From assembly GCA_905480475.1 (NCBI GenBank), contig CAJQQO010000028.1, forward strand, positions 1 through 61,769: 61,769 nucleotides of DNA, given 5' to 3'. The position numbers and the translations under genes are program-made. Position 1 is the first letter of the stretch, and every line of letters starts with the position of its first letter. Positions 9,205 through 18,563 of this stretch are shown here, piece by piece. Source of the stretch: an uncultured Pseudomonadales bacterium. Lineage in GTDB: Bacteria; Pseudomonadota; Gammaproteobacteria; Pseudomonadales; UBA7434. Under the pieces are notes generated by a model. That model saw only the letters and a list, made by a program, of their open reading frames with translations. It did no database searches and had not been told where the DNA came from.

Positions 9205-10839
9205 TTGCCTGTGTTAAATACTGTTAACTCAAACGACTCCAGTAAGCCGAATAAAGACAGCCCTGACTTTTTTGAGCAAAATATTTTATTAATTGCGCAG
9301 CCAGAAACTCGATCGCTGTTACAAAGAATACAGCGCGGCATTGAAAAAGAGGGGCTACGTGTTAAACCATCGGGGCAGTTATCGCTAACACCGCACCCGG
9401 CTGCCTTAGGCTCCGCTTTAAGTAATACTTGGCTAACGACTGACTTTAGTGAGTCGCTGCTAGAATTTATCACCCCAGTATTTGAGTCGGTCGACGAAGC
9501 GATGGATTACTTAAGCGATATTCATTCACTCGCCTATCAGCAACTCAAAGACGAGGTAATATGGGGCACGAGCATGCCATGCCTATTACCCGAAGATGAT
9601 GCTATCCCACTGGCCCAATACGGCAGCTCCAATATTGCAACAATGAAGACCGTATATCGCCGCGGATTGGGTTTGCGCTATGGCCGGGCAATGCAAACCG
9701 TTGCCGGTATTCACTATAATTTCTCCTTACCTGAAGCATTTTGGCGTCGCGCATTTGATCATGCTCGTTGCAGCGGCTTAACCCAACATACCCATTTGCA
9801 ATCGTATATTGATGAACGCTATTTTGATTTGATTCGCAATTTCCGCCGTCATTACTGGTTACTGATTTATTTATTTGGCGCCGCGCCCTGCGTTGACCAA
9901 TCGTTTGTACAGAATCGCGAAAACAGTCTGGACAAGCTGGGTGAACAAGATTTATACCTAGAAAATGCTACCTCGCTGCGCATGGGTAATTTAGGCTATC
10001 AAAGCTCGGCACAGCAATCACTATTTGTTTGTTATAACACCTTAGAAAATTACATCGAAACACTAGGTGAAGCGATTACCACTCCCTACGCGGCTTATGA
10101 AGAGCTAGGAGTAAAATCCAACGGTAAGTATCAACAGCTCTCCACTGCCATGCTGCAAATCGAAAATGAATTTTATTCGCCGATCAGACCCAAGCGGGTC
10201 ACCCATAGCGGCGAAACGCCACTTAAAGCCTTAACGCAACGCGGCATTGAATATATTGAAGTTCGCTGTCTGGATATCAACCCGCTACTCCCTAATGGGA
10301 TTGATGCTGAAACCATTCGCTTTATTGACGCGTTCTTGCTGTATTGTCTATTTACCGACAGTAAACAATGTGACCACGAAGAATTTGATTTGATTAACAA
10401 GAATCAAGCCAGAGTAGTTAACCATGGTCGCGATCCATTACTAAAAATATTTTGCGGCAAATCGGAAGTAGCTATTAGCGATTGCGCCAATAATATCCTT
10501 AACGGTATTGAAAAAATCAGCGCACAACTGGATACCGCCCACAGCACCGATGCCTATAGCCTTAGCTTGGAATCACAATGCCTTAAAGTAAAAGATCCTG
10601 CCAACACCCCTTCTGCACAAGTATTAAAAACCATGCAGTCTAACGGCGAGTCGCATATCGAATTTTCCTTACGACAATCTAATAGTCATGCCGAGCATCA
10701 TCGCAAGAGAAAGGTAGACCCTGTGCAAGAAGAAAAGCTAATGCAAATAGCGCATGACTCCATCAAAAACCAAGAAAATATAGAACAAGAAGATCAAATC
10801 AATTTTGATGAATTTCTTAAAAATTACTTTGCCCAGTAG
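9205..10839 (+). CDS. gshA: Glutamate--cysteine ligase
   Basis: 'RGIEKEGLRV', 'HPAALGSALSNTWLTTDFSESLLEFITPV' and 'YRRGLGLRYGRAMQTVAGIHYNFS' match GshA. The track start is TTG 9205; the start codon is uncertain and the N-terminus is longer than in E. coli GshA. Confidence 0.92.
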   Translation: MPVLNTVNSNDSSKPNKDSPDFFEQNILLIAQPETRSLLQRIQRGIEKEGLRVKPSGQLSLTPHPAALGSALSNTWLTTDFSESLLEFITPVFESVDEAMDYLSDIHSLAYQQLKDEVIWGTSMPCLLPEDDAIPLAQYGSSNIATMKTVYRRGLGLRYGRAMQTVAGIHYNFSLPEAFWRRAFDHARCSGLTQHTHLQSYIDERYFDLIRNFRRHYWLLIYLFGAAPCVDQSFVQNRENSLDKLGEQDLYLENATSLRMGNLGYQSSAQQSLFVCYNTLENYIETLGEAITTPYAAYEELGVKSNGKYQQLSTAMLQIENEFYSPIRPKRVTHSGETPLKALTQRGIEYIEVRCLDINPLLPNGIDAETIRFIDAFLLYCLFTDSKQCDHEEFDLINKNQARVVNHGRDPLLKIFCGKSEVAISDCANNILNGIEKISAQLDTAHSTDAYSLSLESQCLKVKDPANTPSAQVLKTMQSNGESHIEFSLRQSNSHAEHHRKRKVDPVQEEKLMQIAHDSIKNQENIEQEDQINFDEFLKNYFAQ

Positions 10840-10855
10840 CCTTGTACAGCTACTT

Positions 10856-10885
10856 GGTAAAGCCATAGAGGCTTATGGCTTTACC
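10856..10885 (+). other. Perfect 12-bp stem-loop between gshA and acpH (possible terminator/attenuator; no U-tract)
   Basis: GGTAAAGCCATA (10856-10867), loop GAGGCT, TATGGCTTTACC (10874-10885). Lies 17 nt after the gshA stop. Confidence 0.4.
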
Positions 10886-10944
10886 GAAATTGATTCGCCG
10901 CTTATCGAAAACTTTGCGCTTAGGTTTATCGATAGGGTAAAAGC

Positions 10945-11562
10945 ATGAATTATCTTGCGCACTTTCACTTGGCAGGTGATAACGATGGTTTGATGGTCGG
11001 CGCATTACTGGGCGACTTTATCAAAGGCCCGTTAACCGCAGAGCGCACCGAAACACTAGCGGCGCATAAAGATATTGTTTTAGGCGTTAAACTGCATCGA
11101 AAAATCGATGCCTACGTTGATCACTTACCCGCACTATTAACCCTAGGCAATCAACTACCGGTTAAACTTAGGCGCTATAAAGGTATTTTATTAGATCTTT
11201 TTTGCGACTACGCATTAAGCCATTACTGGCATCAATTTGATCATCGTCCATTAGAGCAATACACTTCATCCGTACTAACGCGGCTTGAAAGATATCGCGA
11301 CTGTTTTAATCCTGGCGCCGATATTTTTTTTGGTCGCATGGTGCAATACGATTTACTGAATAAATATCAACAAGCGGATATGCTTAACGGCATTATCCAT
11401 AGAATTGGACAGCGACTTAATCGTGTTAATGAATTAGACGAAGCAGCTAACCATATGTGGCAGCTAGAAGAACAATGGCTGGAAAGTTTTCCAGGGATTT
11501 ATCAGCAGATCGAAAAGTTTGCGCAAACCGAGCGAGCCGCGCTATTGCAGTCCGCCCGTTAG
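10945..11562 (+). CDS. acpH: Acyl carrier protein phosphodiesterase
   Basis: 'MNYLAHFHLA...GALLGDFIKG' N-terminus typical of AcpH; about 200 aa. Confidence 0.8.
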   Translation: MNYLAHFHLAGDNDGLMVGALLGDFIKGPLTAERTETLAAHKDIVLGVKLHRKIDAYVDHLPALLTLGNQLPVKLRRYKGILLDLFCDYALSHYWHQFDHRPLEQYTSSVLTRLERYRDCFNPGADIFFGRMVQYDLLNKYQQADMLNGIIHRIGQRLNRVNELDEAANHMWQLEEQWLESFPGIYQQIEKFAQTERAALLQSAR

Positions 11563-11589
11563 ATAATTTTTGAGATTAAAGGCCTAGCT

Positions 11590-12048
11590 TTAACGATAAA
11601 CCACAAAGCCGGTAAATAATAAGTCTTCAAGCAAATCGGGATTATCTTCTTCCGCCAGTATTTCGCTTACTTGTTTTAAGGACTCAACCCGCAATGCCTC
11701 TTTACCCGCAGCTGTACCAATACTGTCGTTAGTCTGAATTGCAAATAGGCTTAATAAGGTATCCTTGATATTCGGCATATGACGGCCAACGCTCTCTTCG
11801 CCCGGCACACCACTTACTCGTAGTGAGACTTCAACGCTCATATAACGCAAGCGACCCGGTCCACCGTAGTTAGTCACAATCGCAGGCTCAATCGCGACAT
11901 AACTGGATTCAACCACTTCTTCGTCTTCATCATCTTCGGCAAGTGCCAAACGCGGTGCTAATAAACTCAGCACCAGCATGGTCAGAGTCAATAGGGATGC
12001 CGCTCTAGCCGACATGCTAACTAGGCTGTGAAATGCTTTGCTTATCAC
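11590..12048 (-). CDS. FliL-like flagellar basal body-associated protein (orphan copy)
   Basis: N-terminal TM/signal segment, then 'YVAIEPAIVTNYGG..RYMSVEVSLRV' and C-terminal 'LLFTGFVVYR', matching the FliL family pattern. GTG start with AGGAG about 10 nt upstream; ATG 12015 is an alternative. Confidence 0.65.
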   Translation of the reverse strand: MISKAFHSLVSMSARAASLLTLTMLVLSLLAPRLALAEDDEDEEVVESSYVAIEPAIVTNYGGPGRLRYMSVEVSLRVSGVPGEESVGRHMPNIKDTLLSLFAIQTNDSIGTAAGKEALRVESLKQVSEILAEEDNPDLLEDLLFTGFVVYR

Positions 12049-12221
12049 GGATTACACTCTCCTGTTATCGCAGATTTGCCATATACTGAATAAAGTCTGA
12101 CACGCTTGGATAAAATCAATCAATTGGCAGTCAGTATAGTAGAAGTTAGCGATCCCTTATGTGAATCGCGTTTTAATAACATATTTACGGCCTACTAATA
12201 GCCGTAGCCGTGGAGAAAGTA

Positions 12222-12731
12222 ATGCCCGATATCAACCAGCTCCTTTCCGCTCAATACTTGCGACTGGCAATATTTTTTAGCGTTATTGGTTTATTGGGGT
12301 TTGGCTACTACTTGCAGTATGTCGAAGGGCTTGAGCCTTGCGCACTGTGTATCACCCAGAGATTCTTTTTACTCGTCTGCGGCTTATGCGGACTGTTAGC
12401 GGCATTGCATAGGCCTGCATTGCTGGGCAGCCGCATTTATGCCTGCGTAGGCGCTCTGTTAGCTTTTGTTGGCGCTGGCTTCTCATCCAGACAACTTTAC
12501 CTGCAAAGCTTACCGCCCGGCGAAGCACCCGCTTGCGGACCCAGCGTCGATTTTATTTTTGACACCTTCCCGATCTCCGAGGCTTTAAGTATTTTGCTGC
12601 GCGGCGACGGTAATTGCGCCGAAGTAACTTGGCGGTTTTTAGGTCTGAGCATTCCCGGCTGGACCTTAATCGTCTTTATTGGCTTAGCAAGTTTATGGCT
12701 GCTGCAACTTCGAGCGAACAGAACCGCTTAA
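12222..12731 (+). CDS. dsbB: Disulfide bond formation protein B
   Basis: Four TM helices. 'EPCALCITQR' (first periplasmic CxxC) and a second Cys pair in loop 2. ATG 12222 is preceded by GGAG; the track ORF starts at GTG 12210. Confidence 0.88.
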   Translation: MPDINQLLSAQYLRLAIFFSVIGLLGFGYYLQYVEGLEPCALCITQRFFLLVCGLCGLLAALHRPALLGSRIYACVGALLAFVGAGFSSRQLYLQSLPPGEAPACGPSVDFIFDTFPISEALSILLRGDGNCAEVTWRFLGLSIPGWTLIVFIGLASLWLLQLRANRTA

Positions 12732-13183
12732 ATCGTCTATAAATTATTCAGGTGCTGAATTATCAAACAATAACTAGTGAGTGCTTACATTTTGTCGGCA
12801 CTCTGCTAGCCTTTCAGCAATAAAATCCCCATCTATTAAAATCCTTATTTATCCTTACAATTCAACAGTATATAGGTCAATCCTAGAATTATTGTTAATT
12901 GTTGGTGAACTGATTTCTTGAGAAAGATTCATTCCTTTTCTAAGCTGAATACTATCGTGCTATTTACTGCGTAGAGCTACCCGCAACTGCCCAGAGCAAT
13001 TAGCAACAGTTACTCGCTGTTAGCTAAGTGTAAAGAGACCGCACGAAATTAAAATTAAAAAGATATCAGCAACAATTAAACAACAAGCGACTGATCGGCA
13101 ACACAAAAAGATCCAGCGCGAAATAAATAGCGTTTTTAACGCCACCGGTTAACGCTGGTGTAGGGGCCATTAAAAGGAAACAT

Positions 13184-13675
13184 GTGATGTTAGAAAATTG
13201 TAAATCAGTTAAAGAACGTTGGGGCGGCGTCAGCAAAATTTTAGATGGCTGGCTGCAACAGCGACAAGAATTAATCGTCGAGTTTTGCACCGTAAGCGGT
13301 GTACACGACACATCTTCTCTCCATGCCAAAGATACCTCCGAAGGTTTGCGACACTTTTGCGAACTAATGGTCGACTATATTTCGGCCGGTCATTTCGAAG
13401 TGTATGACCATCTTATTCAAGAAGCCGAAGAATTTAACGATGGCAAAGGTCTTGAAGTTGCGCGTCGACTTTACCCCGAAGTCAGTAAAACGACTGAACA
13501 GGTGTTAGCGTTTAATGACAACTTTGATGCAGTGTTATCCACTCAAGACGACAGCCCAAGCTTAGCGCGTGAGTTGTCAAAGCTTGGCGAGACTCTAGTA
13601 TCGCGTTTTGAACTCGAAGACCAGTTGATCGAAAGCTTGCACTACTCACATAGAGAATTGATCGCTAGCGCATAA
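13184..13675 (+). CDS. rsd: Rsd/AlgQ family anti-sigma-70 regulator
   Basis: 163 aa. 'ERWGGVSKILDGWLQQRQELIVEFC' and 'LVDYISAGHFEVY' are typical of Rsd/AlgQ. Confidence 0.8.
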   Translation: MMLENCKSVKERWGGVSKILDGWLQQRQELIVEFCTVSGVHDTSSLHAKDTSEGLRHFCELMVDYISAGHFEVYDHLIQEAEEFNDGKGLEVARRLYPEVSKTTEQVLAFNDNFDAVLSTQDDSPSLARELSKLGETLVSRFELEDQLIESLHYSHRELIASA

Positions 13676-13730
13676 GCAAGCCCGCTTTTCTCAAGTGAAT
13701 TCCAGAGTAATCTGGCCCCTTATATGGTTT

Positions 13731-13764
13731 AGCATCGATGCCTCCCCCTCAGGGCATCGGTGCT
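13731..13764 (+). terminator. Candidate terminator hairpin downstream of rsd
   Basis: AGCATCGATGCC (13731-13742) pairs with GGCATCGGTGCT (13753-13764): 12 bp with one G-U. A TTTT run follows after 7 nt. Confidence 0.45.
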
Positions 13765-14028
13765 AGAGCCATTTTCAGCTTAAAGCTAATATCTGTTTAT
13801 TTTCCTGCTGCTATTTTTACTGGTAATCGCCTGAGTAGTTATCCCATTCGCTTTACACTCTCTCCACTTTGACCTTACTTTGAGCTCATACTGACTTTAC
13901 GCCGTCTTGATATTACCTTTAGCAAATCATCATCATGTTCTGTGCTGGTAACCTCGGCAAATATGCGCTACCTTTTGACTGACTTATCGCTTTGATCCCG
14001 TTTGTGAAACGCCTACTCGAGTGTTGCT

Positions 14029-15102
14029 ATGCAGCTGCAAAACAAATTCATTAATCGTTTATTATTTATTCGCTTACTGAAAAATCATTTTCCAACTCCA
14101 TCGCGAAACTTACCGTCGAGACCAGCGGCTATTACTTTAGCCTTATCTTTATTGGCGCTAACATCTTGCTCAGGCGGCACCCCGCCCGAATCGAGTTTTG
14201 AATATGCCGTGCAAGGTTTGTATTCAGCCGAGCTCAGTGATGATGGCTCACGCGCGATTGTCGGCTCTATTAATCATGGCGGCAGTCTTTGGCAAGTCAG
14301 CGAAAAGGAACGGCAGTTTAATTGGAATCATAAGCAAGGCACGTACTCACAAATAATCAGCTCGGCATTTTCTCCCGACCTTGGATTTGCCATTACCGCA
14401 ACACCACAAACCATGGTCTTATGGGATGCCAACAGCGGCGAGGGTATTAGCTACTGGACAGCACCTAGCGAAATTCTGGATATCAATTTATTACCCCAAG
14501 GCGAGTTAGCATTACTTGGGATGGTTGATCATAGCGCAGCGCTATTTGATGTTCGCAACGGTGGTGTGCGACAAGTGTTTTATCACGATGGCAGAGTCAA
14601 TGCAGTCGCTATTGATAGTGCGCACGGCCGAGTGTTAACCGGCTCTGATGATTACTCGGCACGACTTTGGGATCTGCAAAGCGCAAAGGAATTACAACGC
14701 TGGGAACACGAAGACGAAGTTCAGCTTGTAGAGTTATCTCCTGACGGACGCGTGGCATTTACTATGGCCAAATATGATAAAGCCGCATTGTGGGACACCG
14801 AAACCGGCGCATCAAAAGGTGAGATTCCTTTGTTCTCAACCGCTATTGCGCGTGGCTTGGTATTTACTGCCGTGGCTTTTTCAGACGATGCCAATTATTT
14901 GCTGACCGGCACAAGCAATCGAATCGTTCAGTTATGGGATACCCGAAACTTAAAAGAAATCAAAAAGTGGATTATGCCTAAACGCAATGCGGTTGCTCCC
15001 ACTAGCGCCGCAGTGCAAGCCCTAGCATTTGCTGGCGGTAGCAATAGCAGTGGCAACTACTACGCTATTACTTCAGATGGTTTTACTCACCGGCTAAGGT
15101 AA
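14029..15102 (+). CDS. WD40 / beta-propeller repeat lipoprotein
   Basis: Lipobox 'LALTSC'. Repeated WD-like units ('TGSDDYSARLWD', 'TGTSNRIVQLWD', 'MAKYDKAALWD'). Confidence 0.7.
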   Translation: MQLQNKFINRLLFIRLLKNHFPTPSRNLPSRPAAITLALSLLALTSCSGGTPPESSFEYAVQGLYSAELSDDGSRAIVGSINHGGSLWQVSEKERQFNWNHKQGTYSQIISSAFSPDLGFAITATPQTMVLWDANSGEGISYWTAPSEILDINLLPQGELALLGMVDHSAALFDVRNGGVRQVFYHDGRVNAVAIDSAHGRVLTGSDDYSARLWDLQSAKELQRWEHEDEVQLVELSPDGRVAFTMAKYDKAALWDTETGASKGEIPLFSTAIARGLVFTAVAFSDDANYLLTGTSNRIVQLWDTRNLKEIKKWIMPKRNAVAPTSAAVQALAFAGGSNSSGNYYAITSDGFTHRLR

Positions 15103-15159
15103 GCGGAAGTAAACGAAGTTAAGCGAGATTAAGTGAGATTAAGCAGAGCTAAGAAAAAG
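15100..15159 (+). repeat. Six degenerate 10-bp tandem units TAA(G/A)NNAGNN starting at the stop codon of the WD40 gene
   Basis: taagcggaag / taaacgaagt / taagcgagat / taagtgagat / taagcagagc / taagaaaaag. There is a T at 15100, 15110 ... 15160, each opening a TAA or TAG. Confidence 0.7.
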
Positions 15160-15167
15160 TAGCTGGC

Positions 15168-15226
15168 AAAAAAAACCGGCATAAACTTCAGAACATATAC
15201 TCTGAGTTTATGCCGGTAGATTTTTT
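15168..15226. terminator. Bidirectional Rho-independent terminator between convergent genes
   Basis: A8 (15168-15175), then a long hairpin CCGGCATAAACTTCAGA...TCTGAGTTTATGCCGG (15176-15216, one bulge), then T6 (15221-15226). It sits between the + gene ending at 15102 and the - gene ending at 15235. Confidence 0.8.
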
Positions 15227-15234
15227 CAGACTAA

Positions 15235-16044
15235 CTATTCAGCAGCAGCTTTTACTTCAGCAGCAGCATTATCCATCGCTTCTTTTATTGCAGCTTGAGC
15301 AGCATCAGCCGCGCTTGCTTCAGATTTGTTAGCGTCATGAATTGATAATAACTCAACGTCAAAAACTAACGCGGAATTAGGTTGAATCGCATTACCTGCA
15401 CCGCTTTCACCATAAGCTAAAGCCGGTGGTACGAATAATTGCCATTTAGAACCAACAGGCATTAATTGAAGTGCCTCAGTCCAACCAGCAATAACGCCTT
15501 GAACCGGAAAGGTTGCTGGCTCACCACGTTGAATAGAGCTATCAAAAACCGTACCGTCAAACAATTTACCTTCATAGTGAACCGACACTGCATCCGATGC
15601 CGTAGGTATTGCGCCATCACCAGCAGTAATGATTTTGTACTGCAAACCTGACTCGGTAGTGATCACGCCATCTTTAGCTGCGTTGTCAGCTAGATTTTTT
15701 TCGGCTTCGGCAAGGTTGGCACCCATAAGCTCGTTACGTTTTTCTACTTGAGCCGCTTGAGTGGCTTGCTGCAAAGCAACTAATGCTTGCTGCATTTCTT
15801 CATCCGTCATTAACTGCTCGCCGTCCATCGCATCGTAAAATCCGGCGTTGAAATAGCTATTTTCAATTTGTACGCCTGCAGCTTCAAGGCTGCCACCCAT
15901 ATTTTGGCCTAGCGCATAACTTTGTTTTTGCGCATCGGTTTGCGGCACTTCACTTGCGCGAGACAAGCCGTTAGATTCTTGCTCACAACCACTCAAGATG
16001 GCTAGCGCAGCCATAATTGCAACGCCCGATTTAAACTTATTCAT
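15235..16044 (-). CDS. FKBP-type peptidyl-prolyl cis-trans isomerase (FklB/Mip-like lipoprotein)
   Basis: Lipobox 'ILSGC'. N-terminal dimerisation-helix region. C-terminal FKBP domain 'VHYEGKLFDGTVFDSS..FPV..VIAGWTEALQLMPVGSKWQLFVPPALAYG'. Confidence 0.9.
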   Translation of the reverse strand: MNKFKSGVAIMAALAILSGCEQESNGLSRASEVPQTDAQKQSYALGQNMGGSLEAAGVQIENSYFNAGFYDAMDGEQLMTDEEMQQALVALQQATQAAQVEKRNELMGANLAEAEKNLADNAAKDGVITTESGLQYKIITAGDGAIPTASDAVSVHYEGKLFDGTVFDSSIQRGEPATFPVQGVIAGWTEALQLMPVGSKWQLFVPPALAYGESGAGNAIQPNSALVFDVELLSIHDANKSEASAADAAQAAIKEAMDNAAAEVKAAAE

Positions 16045-16316
16045 CTGCTTTTCCTGTCTCGTTCACATGCCCATAAATCAGCGGCAAGGTTAAATTAAAA
16101 AATAAATTGAAAAATCAAAGCCGCGTAGCCTAGCGCTTGGCAGCGCTATTGTCGAGTAACTATCAAACAAGTTGAGAAGCCAGACAACAAGCGGTTCTGG
16201 ATAATGGAAATTGAGCAAATAAGTTGATGGGGCTGACTACAATTCAATCAATCTGATTGCCGGGCTAGACTCAAAAACACCTACAAAAGCCTGAAGCGAA
16301 AGAATAACCGCCGGGA

Positions 16317-16949
16317 TTACTGCACACGCCCTTCACCTCGCGCTGTTTTAAGCTGCTCAAGCAGCTGGGGAAGATCTTTTATCACAGCGCCCGCATTGGA
16401 AAGGTCGCCCTGAGTGATGGCATCTAAATCCTCTAGGCTTGTGCCCGAGCTGGAACCATCAGCGCTTTTACCCGAGCTTTTTGCTCTTGGGAATGTTCGC
16501 TCTTCGAGTAATACCGCGCCACCAGAATTGTGACGGCTGGATTGAGGCTCTGGCGGTGCCAATCCGCTTTGTACAAAACGATTGGCGGGAATCGCCAAAC
16601 CATCATCGGGCACAACAATCGGCACAATCTCATCTGCGCCTGTGGCAGCATGTGGCGTATCACTGTAGTGCAGCACACCGTTTTCATCGCGCCAAGTATA
16701 AATCTCCGCACCCGCACCCGTAGTGCCAGCTGGACCATTACCTAAGGGCGAATCACCTACCATCTCAGCCGCGTTATCAATCATATCGGATGCGCCGCCC
16801 ATCGCTTGTTTAACCCAAGCAATGGCATTGTGTGGAATCCAGTCGTCCAGCGTCATTATTGGTTGGCCGTCCGGCCCCTTTATAAACATGGGTAATGCCA
16901 CGCATGAAATCAATAATAAAAACAGCAGCTTAAAACCGAGCATTTTCAT
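16317..16949 (-). CDS. DUF4124 domain-containing secreted protein
   Basis: Signal peptide. 'IYTWRDENGVLHYSDTP' is the DUF4124 core motif. Confidence 0.65.
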   Translation of the reverse strand: MKMLGFKLLFLLLISCVALPMFIKGPDGQPIMTLDDWIPHNAIAWVKQAMGGASDMIDNAAEMVGDSPLGNGPAGTTGAGAEIYTWRDENGVLHYSDTPHAATGADEIVPIVVPDDGLAIPANRFVQSGLAPPEPQSSRHNSGGAVLLEERTFPRAKSSGKSADGSSSGTSLEDLDAITQGDLSNAGAVIKDLPQLLEQLKTARGEGRVQ

Positions 16950-17102
16950 AAATCTGCACCCAAACGATCAATTAAGTTCTAATTTTAGACAAAAATTGAA
17001 GATCGTGTATTCACAATTAACGACTGCCTGTTTTCATCGTTAACAAAGCAGGAATAGATCTGAAGCCTAGCGACATTTCAAAGCAGAAAAAACTGACCGT
17101 TA

Positions 17103-17627
17103 TCAAAAATACTGGCCAAAGATCCGTATGGCCGAATCACACTTTGTCTCGCTAACGGCGCTCAGATAACTGCGAATATTTTTTTCAACTGCGCGTTTAG
17201 TCTGCTGATTTGCTTCGCCTGTAAGTCCATCACCGGCACAAGTATTGATAAGCCACCCCTTACTCTCAATCAACTGACTCAAACGCGTTAATGTTAGCTG
17301 CTCGCCATCAAGCTCTAATTGTTTTACTTGCTGATAAAAAATATCAGCTTGTAAGGTCTGCGCATCACTCTCAAATCCCTCTTTTAATCGTTTTGCACGA
17401 CGTCTTAATGTGCGTAGCGGAACTACCATCTGCGCCTGCCAATCAGCAGTGTTAGCAATTAATAATTTGAGTTGCGCCGAGCTTAGAATATTACCGTGTT
17501 TAGCCAGCCATAATACCGCTAGCAAGACACACACATCGATGCCATCATTATCCTGCAAATCAAGACAGCATTCTTTCACCTCAGCTTGCTGATAAAATCC
17601 TATAGCGAAATCCCACAAGGTCAACAT
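17103..17627 (-). CDS. DUF2390 / TIGR02444-like conserved hypothetical protein
   Basis: 'LWDFAIGFYQQAEVKECCLDLQD..GIDVCVLLAVLWL' fits my recollection of this family. ATG 17627 lies 2 nt after the elbB stop; the track uses TTG 17633. Confidence 0.5.
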   Translation of the reverse strand: MLTLWDFAIGFYQQAEVKECCLDLQDNDGIDVCVLLAVLWLAKHGNILSSAQLKLLIANTADWQAQMVVPLRTLRRRAKRLKEGFESDAQTLQADIFYQQVKQLELDGEQLTLTRLSQLIESKGWLINTCAGDGLTGEANQQTKRAVEKNIRSYLSAVSETKCDSAIRIFGQYF

Positions 17628-17629
17628 AG

Positions 17630-18283
17630 TCAAACCAGATCCAGTACTTTATCGACCAAATTAAAAATTCCCTCTGCGGCCTGATTAATACTGCCCGCTA
17701 ACATATAAGCCGGTGTGGTAACTAACTTGCGCTTATCATCGACACATATTTCATTAACGACGCATTTAATATGCTGCGCACCGGTTTCGCTAATCGCTTG
17801 CGCGGTATCGGCATCATTACCAATAGTGCACTGCACGCCCTCGCCACAAATCGCCGCAGACATTGCTGGCGCAATACAAATCAATCCAATCGGTTTATTC
17901 ACCTCACGCATCGCCTTCGCGAATGTCAGTAGCTCTGCATTAACCACTAATTCGGAACCGGCTAGCGCAAAGTCCGATAAGTTTTTTGCCGCGCCAAAAC
18001 CACCGGGAATAATAAGCGCATCAAAGTCATTGGCCGACGCTTGGGACAAGGCTTGAATGTCGCCGCGCACAATACGCGCCGCCTCTTCTAATACGTTGCG
18101 TGTTTGTCCTTCGGCGACCTCAGCCGTTAGATGATTAATAACATGCAGCTGCTGAATATCGGGGGCAAACACCTGCACATTCGCTTGCTTTTGCTCGAGC
18201 CGCATTAAGGTCAATACCGATTCATAAATCTCGGCGCCGTCATAAACGCCGCAACCTGACAATACCACTGCTATCTTAGCCAT
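17630..18283 (-). CDS. elbB: Isoprenoid biosynthesis glyoxalase ElbB (DJ-1/PfpI superfamily)
   Basis: 'MAKIAVVLSGCGVYDGAEIYESVLTL' and 'ALIIPGGFGAAKNL' with the nucleophile-elbow 'ICIAP'. 217 aa from ATG 18283, which has GGAG upstream. Confidence 0.82.
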   Translation of the reverse strand: MAKIAVVLSGCGVYDGAEIYESVLTLMRLEQKQANVQVFAPDIQQLHVINHLTAEVAEGQTRNVLEEAARIVRGDIQALSQASANDFDALIIPGGFGAAKNLSDFALAGSELVVNAELLTFAKAMREVNKPIGLICIAPAMSAAICGEGVQCTIGNDADTAQAISETGAQHIKCVVNEICVDDKRKLVTTPAYMLAGSINQAAEGIFNLVDKVLDLV

Positions 18284-18563
18284 TTTCTCCGCTCCTATTG
18301 TCAATTTTTCGACCCGAACAATAGCATCTCTCGGGAAATGAATATCGCAACTACGACCAATCTCAACTGCTAATTTCCACTAGCTATTTCAACTACCCAC
18401 TTCAACCACGACTAACAGCTGCTTTCGCTATATACTGGCGAATAAATCATAAATAATTAAACTTCTCAGGACTATTCGAGTCAATCTTTAGCATAAAAAA
18501 TCTTTAACTCGAAACCCTGTTTAACAGCAAAATACAGCCGCCGCATTTGAAGGTCATAAATCC

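Noticed and set aside
12049-12110. Possible sigma-28 (FliA) promoter for the FliL-like gene
   Set aside because: Only the -10-like TGCGATAA is present. There is no TAAA-type -35 at the right spacing, so it is not reported as a feature.
13066-13407. ORFs 13066..13329 (-) and 13219..13407 (+) overlapping the rsd start
   Set aside because: The Rsd/AlgQ frame (13184..13675) is motif-supported. The alternatives are low-complexity (Arg/Cys-rich) and lack translation signals.
16433-17043. Four overlapping 70-106-aa ORFs on both strands over the DUF4124 gene
   Set aside because: They are shadow ORFs of a GC-richer coding region. Only the 210-aa minus-strand frame has a signal peptide and the DUF4124 motif.
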